The notes below the pieces were generated by a model. The model saw only the letters and a program-made list of their open reading frames with translations. It searched no databases and had not been told where the DNA came from. Both the position numbers and the translations under genes were made by a program. A DNA stretch of 64,000 bases from Octopus sinensis (Eukaryota). Each line of letters begins with the position of its first letter. Positions within the stretch are counted from its first letter, which is position 1. The DNA lies in the NCBI RefSeq assembly GCF_006345805.1, contig NC_043024.1, forward strand, positions 10,540,001 through 10,604,000, given 5' to 3'. Shown piece by piece: positions 1-12,660 of this stretch.

Positions 1-217
1 GCACAGCAGGGTGGGTGGTAGTGGGTGATGACAGTTAAAATAGCAAGGGGTCCTCAGCTGTGGCCCTTGGGTGTCCTTCTGGCTCTCAACAGTTTTCATT
101 CTATAAATATAAATTTCCTTCTGTTTTACTTAATTACAAAGGAAGCTCTGTGTGAGTTGGGGTTGCATATTAAGGTGTACGTGCTAACCTGGTTGAGGTA
201 ACCCCTTGGTCTCAAAA

Positions 218-451
218 AGGCGGCTAGTTGGCAGAAACGTCAGCATGCCGGGCGAAATGATAAGCGGTATTTCGTCTGTCGCTATGTTCTGAGTTCAAAT
301 TCCGCCGAGGTCAACTGTGCCTTTCATCCTTCTGGGGTCGATAAATTAAGTACCAGTTACACGATGTGGTAGATGTAATCGACTTAATCCGTTTGTCTGT
401 CCTTGTTTGTCCCCTCTGTGTTTAGCCCCTTGTGGGTAGTAAAGAAATAGG
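218..451 (+). mobile_element. tRNA-derived SINE family A, full copy with 20-bp target-site duplication
   Basis: Head ggcagaaacgt...gagttcaaattc (A/B-box-like), body gcctttcatcc...gtcgataaattaagtaccag, tail aaagaaatagg. Direct repeat ggtaaccccttggtctcaaa at 197-216 and 450-469. Other family A copies near 1750, 5122, 6085, 11128, 12662, 14805(-), 22745, 41395(-), 45205(-), 48215(-), 57745(-), 59340. Confidence 0.85.
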
Positions 452-3029
452 TAACCCCTTGGTCTCAAATCCTCACATTTAACCCTTTTGTTATGCATTG
501 CGAAGGGTTTTGAAAATAATGGAAGAATTTAGTAAAATTTGTCATTATGAAAGTGGATTTTGGATCATCATCATCATTTGGTGTCTGCTTTCCATGCTGG
601 CATGGGTTTGACTGGAACTGCTAAACCAGAGCTGCACCAAATTCCATCCTAATTATGTTTGGTTCCTATGGCTGGATGCCCTTCCTAATGCCAACCACTC
701 CAAGAGTGCAATGGGTGCTTTTTGCGTGGCACTGGTACTTTTATGTACCATCTGCATGGGTGCCAGTTGCGTTGCGCTGGCGAAGGTCTTACTTTGGATC
801 AGTTGACCACCCGTTTCTATTAAAAATAGCTGGGGACAATTTCAGGTGGGTTGGTATCAATATCAAAATAGTTAATTTGTTTCAAACATCTTTCGCTTGT
901 TTCAGTCGTTAGATTGCAGCAGTCCTGGGGGGGACACTACCATCAGGAAGCTTTAATCGAAGGAATTGACCCTGGTACTTATTCTATCAATCTCTCTTGT
1001 TGAACTCCTAAGTAATGGAGATGTAAACACACCGACACAGGTTGTCAAGCACACACACAAGGGGCTCACAAGGCTTTCGTTGGCCTTAGTCATAGTAGAC
1101 ACTTGCCCAAAATGCCATGCAGTGGGACTGAACCTAGAACCATGTGGTTGGGAAGCAAGCTTCTTACCACACAGCTGTACCCGTACCATGGTGTGTATTG
1201 CAACAGAATTATGGTAACTGAAGTATTGAGGAGTGTTAGGGGGTTGCGTTCTAATTGGATTCTGCATCTCAAATTATAGGTTATCAGTTTTAATTTTCTC
1301 CATTATATCATTAACCATTCTGGCATTTAAACCATCCATTTCAGGCCTGAATATTCTGCCTGTTTTATGTCCAAACTGGCCAGATTCTGCCTCTTAAGCT
1401 TACTGTCATTCTAATGGGTGGGCTGTGACTTGCATGTGAGCCACACGGGTTTTTCTGATTTTTTTTTGTGTTTCTATAAATTTTAATGTTATTTATTGGG
1501 CTGTTGAGCAATAGACGGAATTTTTTGTCATAATTTATAGATTTTTACTTCAATAAGAATTGCCATGGGTGGGAAAGGGGATAGGGGCTTTTTTTTTTAT
1601 ACCTTTTACTTTGTCATTTGATGTGGCCATACTGGAGCACTGCCTTTCAAGGGTTTTTTTTTAGTCAAATTGACCCCATTGCTTAATTTTTATTGGTCTT
1701 TCTGTCGAACTGTCAGGGTGTGAACAAACCAAGACCGGTTGTCAAGCAGTGAGCTAGCAGAAACGTTAGCACACCGGGTGAAATGTTCAGTGGTATTTCG
1801 CCTGCCGCTACGTTCTGAGTTCAAATTCTGCCGAGGTCGCCTTTGCCTTTCATCCTTTCGGGGTCGATAAATTAAGTACCAGTTACGTACTGGGGTCGAT
1901 GTAATCGACTGAATCGACTTAATCCGTCTGTCTGTCCTTGTTTGTTCCTTCTGTGTTTAGCCCCTTGTGGGTAGTAAAGAAATAGGTTGTCAAGCAGTGA
2001 TGGGTACATACATACACACACACACACACGAACAGCTAGAAAAATTCAGGTCTGAATCAATTAAAATAAGGTTTTGTGAATGGTGGGGCCTAACAGACAG
2101 AAGTTGCTTGAGGAGGTTGCAAACAACATATTTTGCTTCCTTAGTTTTTTTAGCTTTGAAAAGAGGGAGACACACAGACAGACCCACTTATAAGAAGCTG
2201 GTTTGGATGATGATGAGTGAGTTGTTGTAGATTTATGTATTAGTCATAGTAATCTGTTTGTAGTGCCCCTGAAAGTTATATTTTAATTAAAAAAACAAAA
2301 ACTCTAATAAAACTACAAAAGTTGGTGTCTATAATTAATCTAACCCCGGTTTAACTTTTGCCGTTAAATAGGGTCCCCTTCACAAAACAGCAGGTGTCTA
2401 GTCCCCCCCCCCCTACATCATGTTTTGATCCTGATATTGGATTGAACCTCCTCCGTGAATAGATTTCAAAGGAAGGAGTGGTCGGGGGACAATGAAATTT
2501 TTTGTCTCCGGGGGGGGGGGGGGTTTAATTCTATTAACGTAAATTAAACGAAAAAAAGAAAAAAGGTAAATATTTGTCTTTGGGCGATGGTGACGCTGAT
2601 GATGATGATGATAATGATGCTGGCATTGTGATACCTGAAAAGAAAGTATTAAGTATTGTTCTATTTTATAAAAGATAAGGATTATATGCGAAATCCCCTG
2701 TTTAGCCTCCCTCTAAATGTATAATACAATTCCTAGGGATATGAGTGTGGGTGTGTGTGTGAGGCATTTGTAGGAAGTAGGAAGGGGAGGGTTTGTAGGT
2801 AACCCCCCTCTCTATTAGCAGGAAGCTTGTTAATCTGTTTGAAGGCAGATGGCCTCCCCCACCGAATGGTGTAGGGGGGAGGGGTTACTTTTGTTGTAGT
2901 CCTGGTGGTGGTCGTGGTAGTGAGATGATCCATTTATTTGATGGTCATTCCGGGTCACCCGACAAACGCTTTCATCTATTACTCTTCTTTTCCTCTTCCT
3001 TTCACCATCATTGGGGTTAAAAACCTCTC

Positions 3030-3935
3030 CCTCTCTCCCTCTCTGTGTCTCTTTCTCTCTCTCTCTCTCCCTGTCTCTTTCTCTCTCTCTCCCTGTGTCT
3101 GTCTCTCTGTCCGTCTGTCTGTCTCTCTCTCTCTGTCCCTGTTTGTCTGTCTCTCTCTCTCTCTCTCTGTCCTGTTTGTCTGTCTCTCTCTCTGTCCCTG
3201 TCTGTCTCTTCTCTTTCTGTCTGTGTCCGTCTGTCTCTCTCTCTCTCTCTGTCCCTGTCTGTCTCTCTCTCTCTCTGTCCCTGTCTGTCTGTCTCTCTCT
3301 CTGTCCCTGTCTCTCTCTCTCTCTCTCTGTCCCTGTCTCTCTCTCTCTCTCTGTCCCTGTCTCTCTCTCTCTCTCTCTGTCCCTGTCTCTCTCTCTGTCC
3401 CTGTCTGTCTCTCTCTCTCTCTCTCTCTGTCCCTGTCTGTCTCTCTCTGTCCCTGTCTGTCTCTCTCTCTCTCTGTCCCTGTCTGTCTGTCTCTCTCTCT
3501 GTCCCTGTCTGTCTCTCTCTCTCTCTGTCCCTGTCTCTCTCTCTCTCTCTGTCCCTGTCTCTCTCTCTCTCTGTCCCTGTCTCTCTTCTCTGTGTCCCCT
3601 CCTGTCTCTCTCTTCTTCTGCCTGTCTGTCTCTCTCTCTCTCTCTGTCCCTGTCTGTCTCTCTCTCTCTCTCTCTGTCCCTGTCTGTCTCTCTCTCTCCT
3701 CTGTCCCTGTCTGTCTCTCTCTCTCTCTCTGTCCCTGTCTGTCTCTCTCTCTCTCTCTCTCTGTCCCTGTCTGTCTCTCTCTCTCTCTCTCTGTCCTGTC
3801 TGTCTCTCTCTCTCTCTGTCCCTGTCTGTCTCTCTCTCTCTGTCCCTGTCTGTCTCTCTCTCTCTGTCCCTGTCTGTCTCTCTCTCTCTGAGTGTCTCTC
3901 TCCCCTCTCTCCCCCTCTCTCTCTCTCTCTCTTGT
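3030..3935. repeat. Compound (CT)n/(CTGT)/(CTGTCC) microsatellite, ~900 bp
   Basis: Direct reading; accounts for the six overlapping RE/SL/CL-repeat ORFs at 2830-3992. Confidence 0.95.
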
Positions 3936-4323
3936 GACATGTATGAAGTTCTAGAGACAAAGTGCTGCATGGGATTCGTGATAGTTTCCTAAATCATATG
4001 TTGCTTCTTCCTCACTTGCAACTGCTTATAACATTGACCTGTTCCTCACTGCAGTGCTTGGTACTCGGTTTATATAACCACTCCGTCTGCTTTCTCAAAA
4101 CTGCCCTTTTCCATTTAAAACTTATCGTAATTTAAACCTCATTCCATCAAAATTCCATAATGTTCTAACCACCCTTCTGATACCAGCTTTCTCAAGACTT
4201 CCCTTCGTTTTAGGATACAAAAACTTGCTTTTTGAAAGTCATGTAAATGAAAACCTGGAAACTTTTGTTGTTCCAATCACCAACTTTGACAATTTTACCA
4301 AATTCATTATTTTCGAAATACAC

Positions 4324-4790
4324 TTAACCCTTTCGTTGCCATATTTCTGTTGAGATGCTCTGTGTTTCATTCAATTAATTTTAAATGCAACAAAGAATTT
4401 AGTAAAATAACTTGGTTATCATTAAGCTAGTGTTAGGAACATAAATTGTGACTAAGGTTTGGTGGAAGATTTTAATTCAAAACTTATGAAAACAAGAGCC
4501 AGAGGTGGTTTCAACCAGGTTGGTATCAAAAGGGTTAAGAATTGTTTCTCTATTATATATTTTAACCCTTTTGTTACCATATTTCTGTTGAGATGCTCTG
4601 TGTTTCTTTCAATTAATTTTAAATGCAACAAGAATTTAGTAAAATAACTTGGTTATCATTAAGCTAGTGTTAGGAACATAAATTGTGACTAAGGTTTGGT
4701 GGAAGATTTTAATTCAAAACTTATGAAAAGAAGACATTTGTACTACGGACACTGAGGTGGTTTTGGCCGGGTTGGTATCAAAAGGGTTAG
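4324..4790 (+). mobile_element. piggyBac-type MITE family 1, dimer
   Basis: TTAA-CCCTTT(C/T)GTT...GGTATCAAAAGGG-TTAA ends; two ~225-bp copies joined by spacer gaattgtttctctattatatattt. Confidence 0.75.
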
Positions 4791-5750
4791 ATGAATGTAG
4801 CATATTTCAATAGAAGTATGGTAACAAAAAGGTTAGTTACGGTTTCAGATTTTGGCCCAAGGCCAGCAGTTTTAGGGGGAGGTTTTAGTTGATTACATCA
4901 TCCCTCTGTCCCCAAGTGTACAACTGGTACTTAATGATCTCGTGATCATATGATTGACTGGAATTCAATATCCACAAAAACAAATTGTTGTAGGAGATAG
5001 TGATGCAGATAAAACAGTAAATATTATAGTAAAAAGCCCTTTTTTTTTTACAAAGGTAGGTTTTAAAGAATAGATAAATAGCATCTGTTAACTTTTTTTT
5101 TCTTTCATCATTTGTGACGAAGGTGGCAAGCTGGCAGAAATGTAGCACGATGGGCGAAATGCTTAACGGTATTCCGTCTGCTGCTACGTTCAGAGTTCAA
5201 ATTCCGCCGAGGTTGACTTTGCCTTTCATCCTTTCGGGGTCGATTAATTAAGTACCAGTTACGCACTGGGGTCGATATAATCGACTTAATCCCATTGTCT
5301 ATCCTTGTTTGTCCTTTTTGTGTTTAGCCCCTTTTGGGTAGTAAAATAGAAATGATGATAATGTTTCTAATTTAGGCATAAACCCAATAATGCTTTTTTT
5401 TTTTTAGAGTTCATTATATTATTCCCAGTGCTTGTTATTGACCACAGAAGAAAAAAAAAAAGCATAGTTGACTTCTGTTGGATTTGAACTCATAACCTAA
5501 AGAGGTGAAGCAAATGCTGTAAAGGAGTTTCCCTGGTGTTCTCACCCTTGTAATTAAAATCCATTTTCATAGTCATATTTTATGAGTCAGGGTTTAAAAA
5601 TATACAAATGTATAAATATTATTTGGTAACTGAACGGGGAAGGAAGATAAAAACCCAAATCTCAGAAGGGTGTGTGCTGAATTCTTGCAATGTCTTCGTG
5701 TAGGAGGCTACGGTGTCTTCATTTCAGCCTCTTGAGATAAGCACTCCCAT

Positions 5751-5764
5751 GTATCCATGGCAAC
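5751..5764. promoter_or_regulatory. Candidate RFX X-box (GTATCCATGGCAAC)
   Basis: Matches the X-box consensus GTHNYYATRRNAAC with the strong CCATGGCAAC half-site, in non-repeat sequence. No linked TSS can be shown. Confidence 0.22.
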
Positions 5765-5926
5765 ATAAATGTGGAAGTTAGAGGAAAATGTGTTTTGTTC
5801 ATTTGAAGGCAAAATAGTTTTACTGTCTTGGTTTTTAGGATTGGGTTGAGTTCCACTGCATGGCACCTTGGGCTCCAGACTGGCCAAAAGCTTTGAATGG
5901 AATTCAGTACACAGAAGCCTGTTGTA

Positions 5927-5958
<32 letters not shown>

Positions 5959-7382
5959 GTTTGTGTAGGTTTTCAGTCTCCTTGTCTTCATACAGCTGTG
6001 TGATAGTTGTAAATGAGTGTCACTGTTATACAAGCAGTGTCGTTCATTTTGCAATATCTTGCAAAGACATGGCTGCGAGTAAAAACAAGGTGGCAAACTG
6101 GCAGAAACGTTAGCACCCCGGGCGAAATGCTTAGCGGTATTTCGTCTGCCGCTACGTTCTGAGTTCAAATTCTGCCGAGGTTGACTTTGCCTTTCATCCT
6201 TTTGGGGTCGATAAATTAAGTACCAGTTACGCACTGGGGTCGGTATAATCGACTTAATCTGTTTGTCTGTCCTTGTTTGTCCCCTCTGTGTTTAGCCCCT
6301 TGTGGGTAATAAAGAAATAGGTATTTTGTCTTTGTTCTAAGTTCAAATTCCCCCGAGGTTGACTTTGCTTTTCATCCTTTCGGAGTTGATAAAGTACCAG
6401 TTGCATACTGGGGTTGATCTAATCGACTGGCCCCCTCCCCCAAAATTTCAGGCCTTGTTCCTAGAGTAGAAAAGAATATCCTCTTAAGGCGGTGAGCTGG
6501 CAGATACATTAGCATGCCGGGCGAAATGCGTAGCCGTATTTCGTCTGCCGTTACGTTCTGAGTCCAAATTCCCCTGAGGTCGACTTTGCCTTTCATCCTT
6601 CGGGGTCGATAAATTAAGTTCCAGTTGCATACTGGGGTGAACCTAGTTGACTGGCCCCCGCCCCAAAATTTCTGGCCTTGTGTCTAGAGAAGAAAAGAAT
6701 ATCTTGTAAAAACATGCCTGGTTGTGTGGGAATTGGCATGGCTGTGTGGCGAGGTGTTTGCTCCCCAACTTTATGGTTCTGGGTTCACTCCCACTGTGGG
6801 ATAACTTGGAAAAGTGTCTTTTACTGTTGCCTTGGGCCAACGAAAGCCTTGTGATTGGATTTGGTAGAAGGAAACTGAAAGCAAGACACATGCACACATT
6901 TGTTTGTCCCACCCCATCACTGGTGTTGGTGTTGGTCCTTATGTGCTGACTTCAAATTTTGCTAAGGTTGACTTAGTGTTTCGCCCTTTTGGGGTCGATC
7001 AAGTAAGACCAATTGAGCACTGGGGGTTAGTGTAATCGACTTACCCTCTCCTCCGAAATTGCTGGCCTTGTGTTACAATTTGAAATCATTAAGATTATAA
7101 TAATAAACTCCCCTGCCATCTATCTTATTCCTGTTGCCTTTAATATTTCCATCACTGGCTCTTTGTCAGAAATGTGTTACAAATGAATCCATTGTTTAAT
7201 TCCTATCCAGGGCCTTCCTTTTAATGAGTCTGTATCTTTACTATGTAAACTTGTTCAGCCCCAGGTCAACCATATCACGCAGACTGATCAAAGGAATTCC
7301 ACCTGTAATTATCCCATAATTTACCTTTTATGCAGAAAACCAGGGTCATATTTGCCTGACATAAGGTAAATCTAGGTTTTCC

Positions 7383-8348
7383 TTGACCCTTTTGTTACCA
7401 TATTTCTGTTGAGATGCTCTGTGTTTCTTTCAATTAATTTTAAATATAACAAAGAATTTAGTAAAATAACTTGGTTATCATTAAGCTAGTGTTAGGAACA
7501 TAAATTGTGACTAAGGTTTGGTGGAAGATTTTAATGCAAAATTTATGAAAACAAGACATTTGTACAACAGAGCCAGAGGTGGTTTCAGGCAGGATGGTAT
7601 CAAAAGGGTTAAGAATTGTTTCTCTATTATATATTTTAACCCTTTTGTTACCATATTTCTGTTGAGATGCTCTGTTTCTTTCAATTACTTTAAATATAAC
7701 AAAGAATTTAGTAAAATAACTTGGTTATCATTAAGCTAGTGTAGGAACATAAATTGCGACTAAGGTTTGGTGAGAAGATTTTAATTCAGAACCTTTGAAA
7801 ACAAGACATTTGTACTACAGAACCAGAGGCAGTTTCAGGCAGGTTGGTATCGAAAGGGTTAAGAATTGTTTTCTTATATATTTTAACCCTTTTGTTACCA
7901 TATTTCTGTTGAGATGCTGAGTTTGTTTCAATTACTTTAAATATAACAAAGAATTTAGTAAAATAACTTGGTTATCATTAAGCTAGTGTTAGGAACATAA
8001 ATTGCGACTAAGGTTTGGTGGAAGATTTTAATTCAGAACCTTTGAAAACAAGACATTTGTACTACAGAACCAGAGGCAGTTTCAGGCAGGTTGGTATCGA
8101 AAGGGTTAAGAATTGTTTCTCTATTATATATTTTAACCCTTTTGTTACCATATTTCTGTTGAGATGCTGAGTTTGTTTCAATTATTTTAAATATAACAAA
8201 GAATTTAGTAAAATAACTTGGTTATCATTAAGCTAGTGTTAGGAACATAAATTGTGACTAAGGTTTGGTGGAAGATTTTAATTCAAAACTTATGAAAACA
8301 AGACATTTGTATTCAGACCTGGTTTTAGCTAAGTAACGAAAGTGTTAA
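7383..8348 (+). mobile_element. piggyBac-type MITE family 1, tetramer (period ~250 bp)
   Basis: Copies start at 7383, 7636, 7883 and 8133, with the same spacer as the 4.3-kb array. Confidence 0.8.
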
Positions 8349-8869
8349 ACAGTGCCATCAACTTTGGTTGCTATTTCTAGCAGGGCAAGCAGCTACGTAG
8401 TTTATTCATATAAAGCTGTTAGTCACAAGTGAAGGGTGTGTTCAAAACCTGGAATGTGAGCAAGGATTCTTTTCTGGAAGATTAATCATCGCTTTAAGGT
8501 CACAACCCACCAATTTGACCTTTTTTTTCGTTTTAGATTTTCAGTTGAGTGATTATTAGCTGCTGTAATTTTAGTCGTAGGAAGAAAGGAAGGATGGTCA
8601 GTTGTGTCTCCATCTAATTATGTGGTAGACTGCATTCCAACAGATAGGATATGGACACCCACTCATCCAGTTTTTCTGTTCACCGTTTCTTTAAGAGTTG
8701 TTGGGGTAGAGTTTCCATGTAGGATTCCCAAACGGGACCAACTGAGGCTATGGATATTATCCAGGATCTTCGGACCTTGGGTCTTTCTTAGGAATCGACA
8801 AGGGACCAGGAGATGTGGCAATTTGCTGTATTTGATTTTGATAAGAGGTGTCAGAGCACCATCCAAGTG

Positions 8870-9455
8870 TGATCGCTGCCAGAGCCGCTATCTAGCCTCT
8901 GTGCTGGTGGCACATAAGACACCATTCGAGCGTGATTGTTACCAGCGTCGCCTTACTGGCACCTGTGTCGGTGGCATGTGTAAAAAGATTTGAGCGAGGT
9001 CATTGCCAGTACTGCCTGACTGGCCCTCGTGCAGGTGGCACGTAAAAGCACCCACTACACTCTCGGAGTGGTTGGCATTAGGAAGGTCATCCAGCTGTAG
9101 AAAGTCTGCCAGATCAAGATTGAAGTCTGGTGCAGCCACCTGGTTCGCCAGCCTCCAGTGAAATCGTTCAACCCATGCTAGCATGGAAAGCGGAAGTTAA
9201 ATGATGATGATGTGTCAAGATGAGCGAAATCGCTGTCTTCTACACATACAGGACTGGCCTTTCAGGTGCCAGTGCCACATATAAAGTACCCAGCACACAC
9301 GAAGTGGTTGGCATTAGGAAAGGCATCCAGCCGTAGAAACCATGCAGCAACAGACATTTGGAGTCTGGATAGCTCCCAGCTGGCCAGCTCCATGCCAAAC
9401 CGTCCAACCCATGCCAGCATGGAAAGTAGATGTTAAACGATGATGTTGATGATCT
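8870..9455. mobile_element. Two (GAT)n-tailed SINE/LINE-tail elements (family D)
   Basis: Shared motif aaaagcacccactacactc..gtggttggc.ttaggaagg.catccag...catgc.agcatggaaag...(gat)n. Also near 575(-), 11520, 17660, 21370-21720, 24770(-), 26960 and 38825. Confidence 0.7.
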
Positions 9456-9634
9456 CATTCTTTATCTACCTCTGGGTCTTCCATTTGGCTTGGTTGAAGA
9501 ATTCCATCTTGCAGGGTTTATTCATTGTGGCATTCTAATCACATGACCCGTAGTATCAGAACCGTAACCTCTCAAGTTGGAGAAGTCGTGACTTGACCTG
9601 GAGAGATTCCTTGATCTCCGTGCTATTCACCCTG

Positions 9635-10120
9635 TTAACCCTTTCGTTACTGTATTTCTGTTGAGGTTCTGTGTTTCTTTGAATTAATTTTAAATATAAC
9701 AAAGAATTTAGTAAAATAACTTGGTTATCATTAAGCTAGTGTTGGGAACATAAATTGTGACTAAGGTTTGGTGGAAGATTTTAATTCAGAACTTATGAAA
9801 ACAAGACATTTGTACTACAGAGCCAGAGGCTGTTTCAGCCAGGTTGGTATCAAAAGGGTAAAGAATTGTTTCTCTATTATATATTTTAACCCTTTTGTTA
9901 CCATATTTATTTTGAGATGCTCTGTGTTTCTTTCAATTAATTTAAAATATAACAAAAAGAATTTAGTAAAATAACTTGGTTATCATTAAGCTAGTATTAG
10001 GAACATAAATTGTGACTAAGGTTTGGTGGAAGATTTTAATTCAAAACTTAGGAAAACAAGACATTTTGCACTACAGAGCCAGAGGCTGTTTCAGCCAGGT
10101 TTGGTAACGAAAGTGTTTAA
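9635..10120 (+). mobile_element. piggyBac-type MITE family 1, dimer
   Basis: Copies start at 9635 and 9886, same spacer. Confidence 0.8.
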
Positions 10121-10486
10121 TAACTTTACTCCAGAAACTCTTTGGAGAAATGCCATTTGTTGGTGCTACTTCATATTTTTATAAGTATCTTAGGACAAAA
10201 AAAGAAACCCTGATATAGGACTGAAACCATATCTCTCCATGCAAAGTAGCACTACTACCTGGAGCAATTCCCCAATCTCAGTGCTATGGACCCTATCAAG
10301 TAACGCTACTCCAGAGATTGTTTAGATGAACCCTATTTGTTGATAAAATACATTTTTGTAAGAATGCTAACTGCCATAGTCTGTTAGTAAACCTGCCAGT
10401 GATGCCACACACATCTGGTCCCACTCCATACTGTTTGATTACAAGGAAATGTAATTTTCTTGCATTTTTACCATATTTCATAAGAT

Positions 10487-10709
10487 TTAACCCTTTCGTT
10501 ACCAACCCGGCTGAAACCGGCTCTGAGTACAAATGTCTTGTTTTCATAAGTTCTGAATTAAAATCTTCCACCAAACCTTAGTCACAATTTATGTTCCTAA
10601 CACTAGCTGAATGATAACCAAGTTATTTTACTAAATTCTTTGTTATATTTAAAATAAATTGAAAGAAACTCAGAGCATCTCAACAGAAATATGGTAACGA
10701 AAGGGTTAA
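10487..10709 (-). mobile_element. piggyBac-type MITE family 1, monomer with perfect TIRs
   Basis: ttaaccctttcgttacc...ggtaacgaaagggttaa; shares its right TTAA with a family 2 MITE (10706-10902). Confidence 0.8.
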
Positions 10710-12628
10710 CCTCTGAGTGTTCAGATTCCTCTGTCAAATGTAATCCTTGTTTATTCACGTTGCTTTGAATTAATTACTCGTTATCTTGCAGCTTTGAAAT
10801 TTTGATGATGTGATTGTTATATTTTTAGGATATAATAGTGTAAGGTAGGTGTGAAAGGCCAGATCTGGCTTGGTGTGGCCAGTTTAAATGCTAAAGGATT
10901 AATATTTCGCACCTGTGTGATTTAATCCTTCGACATTCAAACCAGCCGTATCAGGTCTGAATATTCTGTTTTGTTTAAACCAGCCTTCTGCTCCTACCCT
11001 GCTGCGATATCCTTCTAGAAATAAGCAATCACCAAGAAAATCTCAAAGCTGAGATATGAATGATTACTCGGAAGCAATGTAGATAAATGATTACATTTGA
11101 CGGAATAATATGATTGCTATGAATAATAAGGCGGCGAGCTGGCAGAATCGTTAGCACGCTGGGCGAAGTGCTTAGCGGTATTTCGTCTGCTGCTACGTTC
11201 TGAGTTCAAATTCCACCGAGGTCGACTTTGCCTTTCATCCTTTTCGGGGTCAATTAAATAAGTACCAGTTACGCACTGGAGTCGACATATTCAGTTCAAA
11301 TTCTGCCGAGGTCGACTTTGCCTTTCATGCTTTCAGGGCTGATAAATTAAGTACCAGTTATTCACTGGGGTCGATATAATCGACTTAATCCGTTTGTCTT
11401 TCCTTGTTTGTCCACTGTGTTTAGCCCCTTGTGGGTAATAAAGAAATAGGTATTTCGTCTGCCGTTAAGTTCTGAGTTCAAATTCCACCAAGGTCGACTT
11501 TGCCTTTCATCCTTTTTTAGTACCGGTTATGCCACTGCCAGCCTCACCTGGCACCTGTGCCAGTGGCACATAAAAAGCACCCACTACACTCAGTGTGGTT
11601 GGCATTGGGAAGGGCATCCAGCTGTAGAAACACTGCCAGATCAGATGGAGCCTGGTGCAGCCTCCTGGCTTTCCAGACCCCGGTTGAAGCGTCCAACCCA
11701 TGCTAGCACGGAAAACGGACATTAAACGATGATGATGATACACACACATTCATAATAGGCTTCCCCACAGTTTCTGTTCATCAAATCCACTCCCAAGGCC
11801 ATCGTAAAAGACACCTGCCAAAGGTGCCATGCAGTGGGTCAGGGAAACCACGTGGTTGAAAAGAGAGTATCTCAGCCATGTGGCCACTACCCGGTCAGGT
11901 ATGAAGATGGTCTCTCCCTAACACTAAAACCAGACCAAAGTTGTGATGTCGGTCTCTGTCAACAAATAATAGTTTAAATGGAAGAAGCGATTTCGTCGTG
12001 AGGAAGAAAATTGATTTCTAAAAAAAATACATTTTTTTCTCCTGGCTGTAGATAGATGAAATGTTTACTAATTAGTTAAGCTTTAAAAATAGAAAGTGGT
12101 AATGATAGACCTAATTAACAATGGATTAATTAGTCAGTTGAGTTAGTGTTCATCTTTCATGTTGTCTTGTGTTAATTAGAAATAGTGGCGACAAAAACAA
12201 TGTTTCACATATTTTCGTTTATACAAGTCTGGGGGGGGGGGCAACTATGTTCCCATGTTATTCTGACCTCATCAGCATTGTACAAATTTCATACTCGCTG
12301 GATTAGGTTTGCATAGAATGTTTGAGAATAAGTTACTCTGCTATACCATCTACAAGAGTTTAGTTGAGTGTTAACAAATATTATTATCAATATCCATTAT
12401 GTGTTTGTCTATTAGAAGTGAAAAAGAAAAGAAAAAATGCAATTGAGAAGGTTGAGGGGTGGGTGTACAAGGCCTGAAATTTTGAGGGAGGAGGTCAGCT
12501 GATTATATTCATCTTGAAAGGAGCAAAGCTAAAGTTGACCTCAGCGGGATTTGAATTTGGAATGTAGACGGGCGAAATGCTCATAAGCATTTTGGCCAGC
12601 ATTCTAATGATTCTGCCAGCTTGCTGCC

Positions 12629-12660
<32 letters not shown>

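Noticed and set aside
2570-2650. Possible minus-strand exon after a good acceptor (ctttcttttcag|GTATCACAATG), His- or Ser-rich
   Set aside because: No convincing donor, partner exon or domain; the content is a (CAT)n microsatellite. Cannot be excluded without RNA data.
2830-3992. Six 300+ aa ORFs (RE/RD/SL/CL repeats)
   Set aside because: These are translations of a stop-free CT/CTGT microsatellite in all frames, with no splice or domain evidence.
8604-8993. 129-aa ORF in partly unique sequence (also 38411-38650 and 40927-41268)
   Set aside because: No recognisable motifs, alternative start codons, and they run into SINE sequence.
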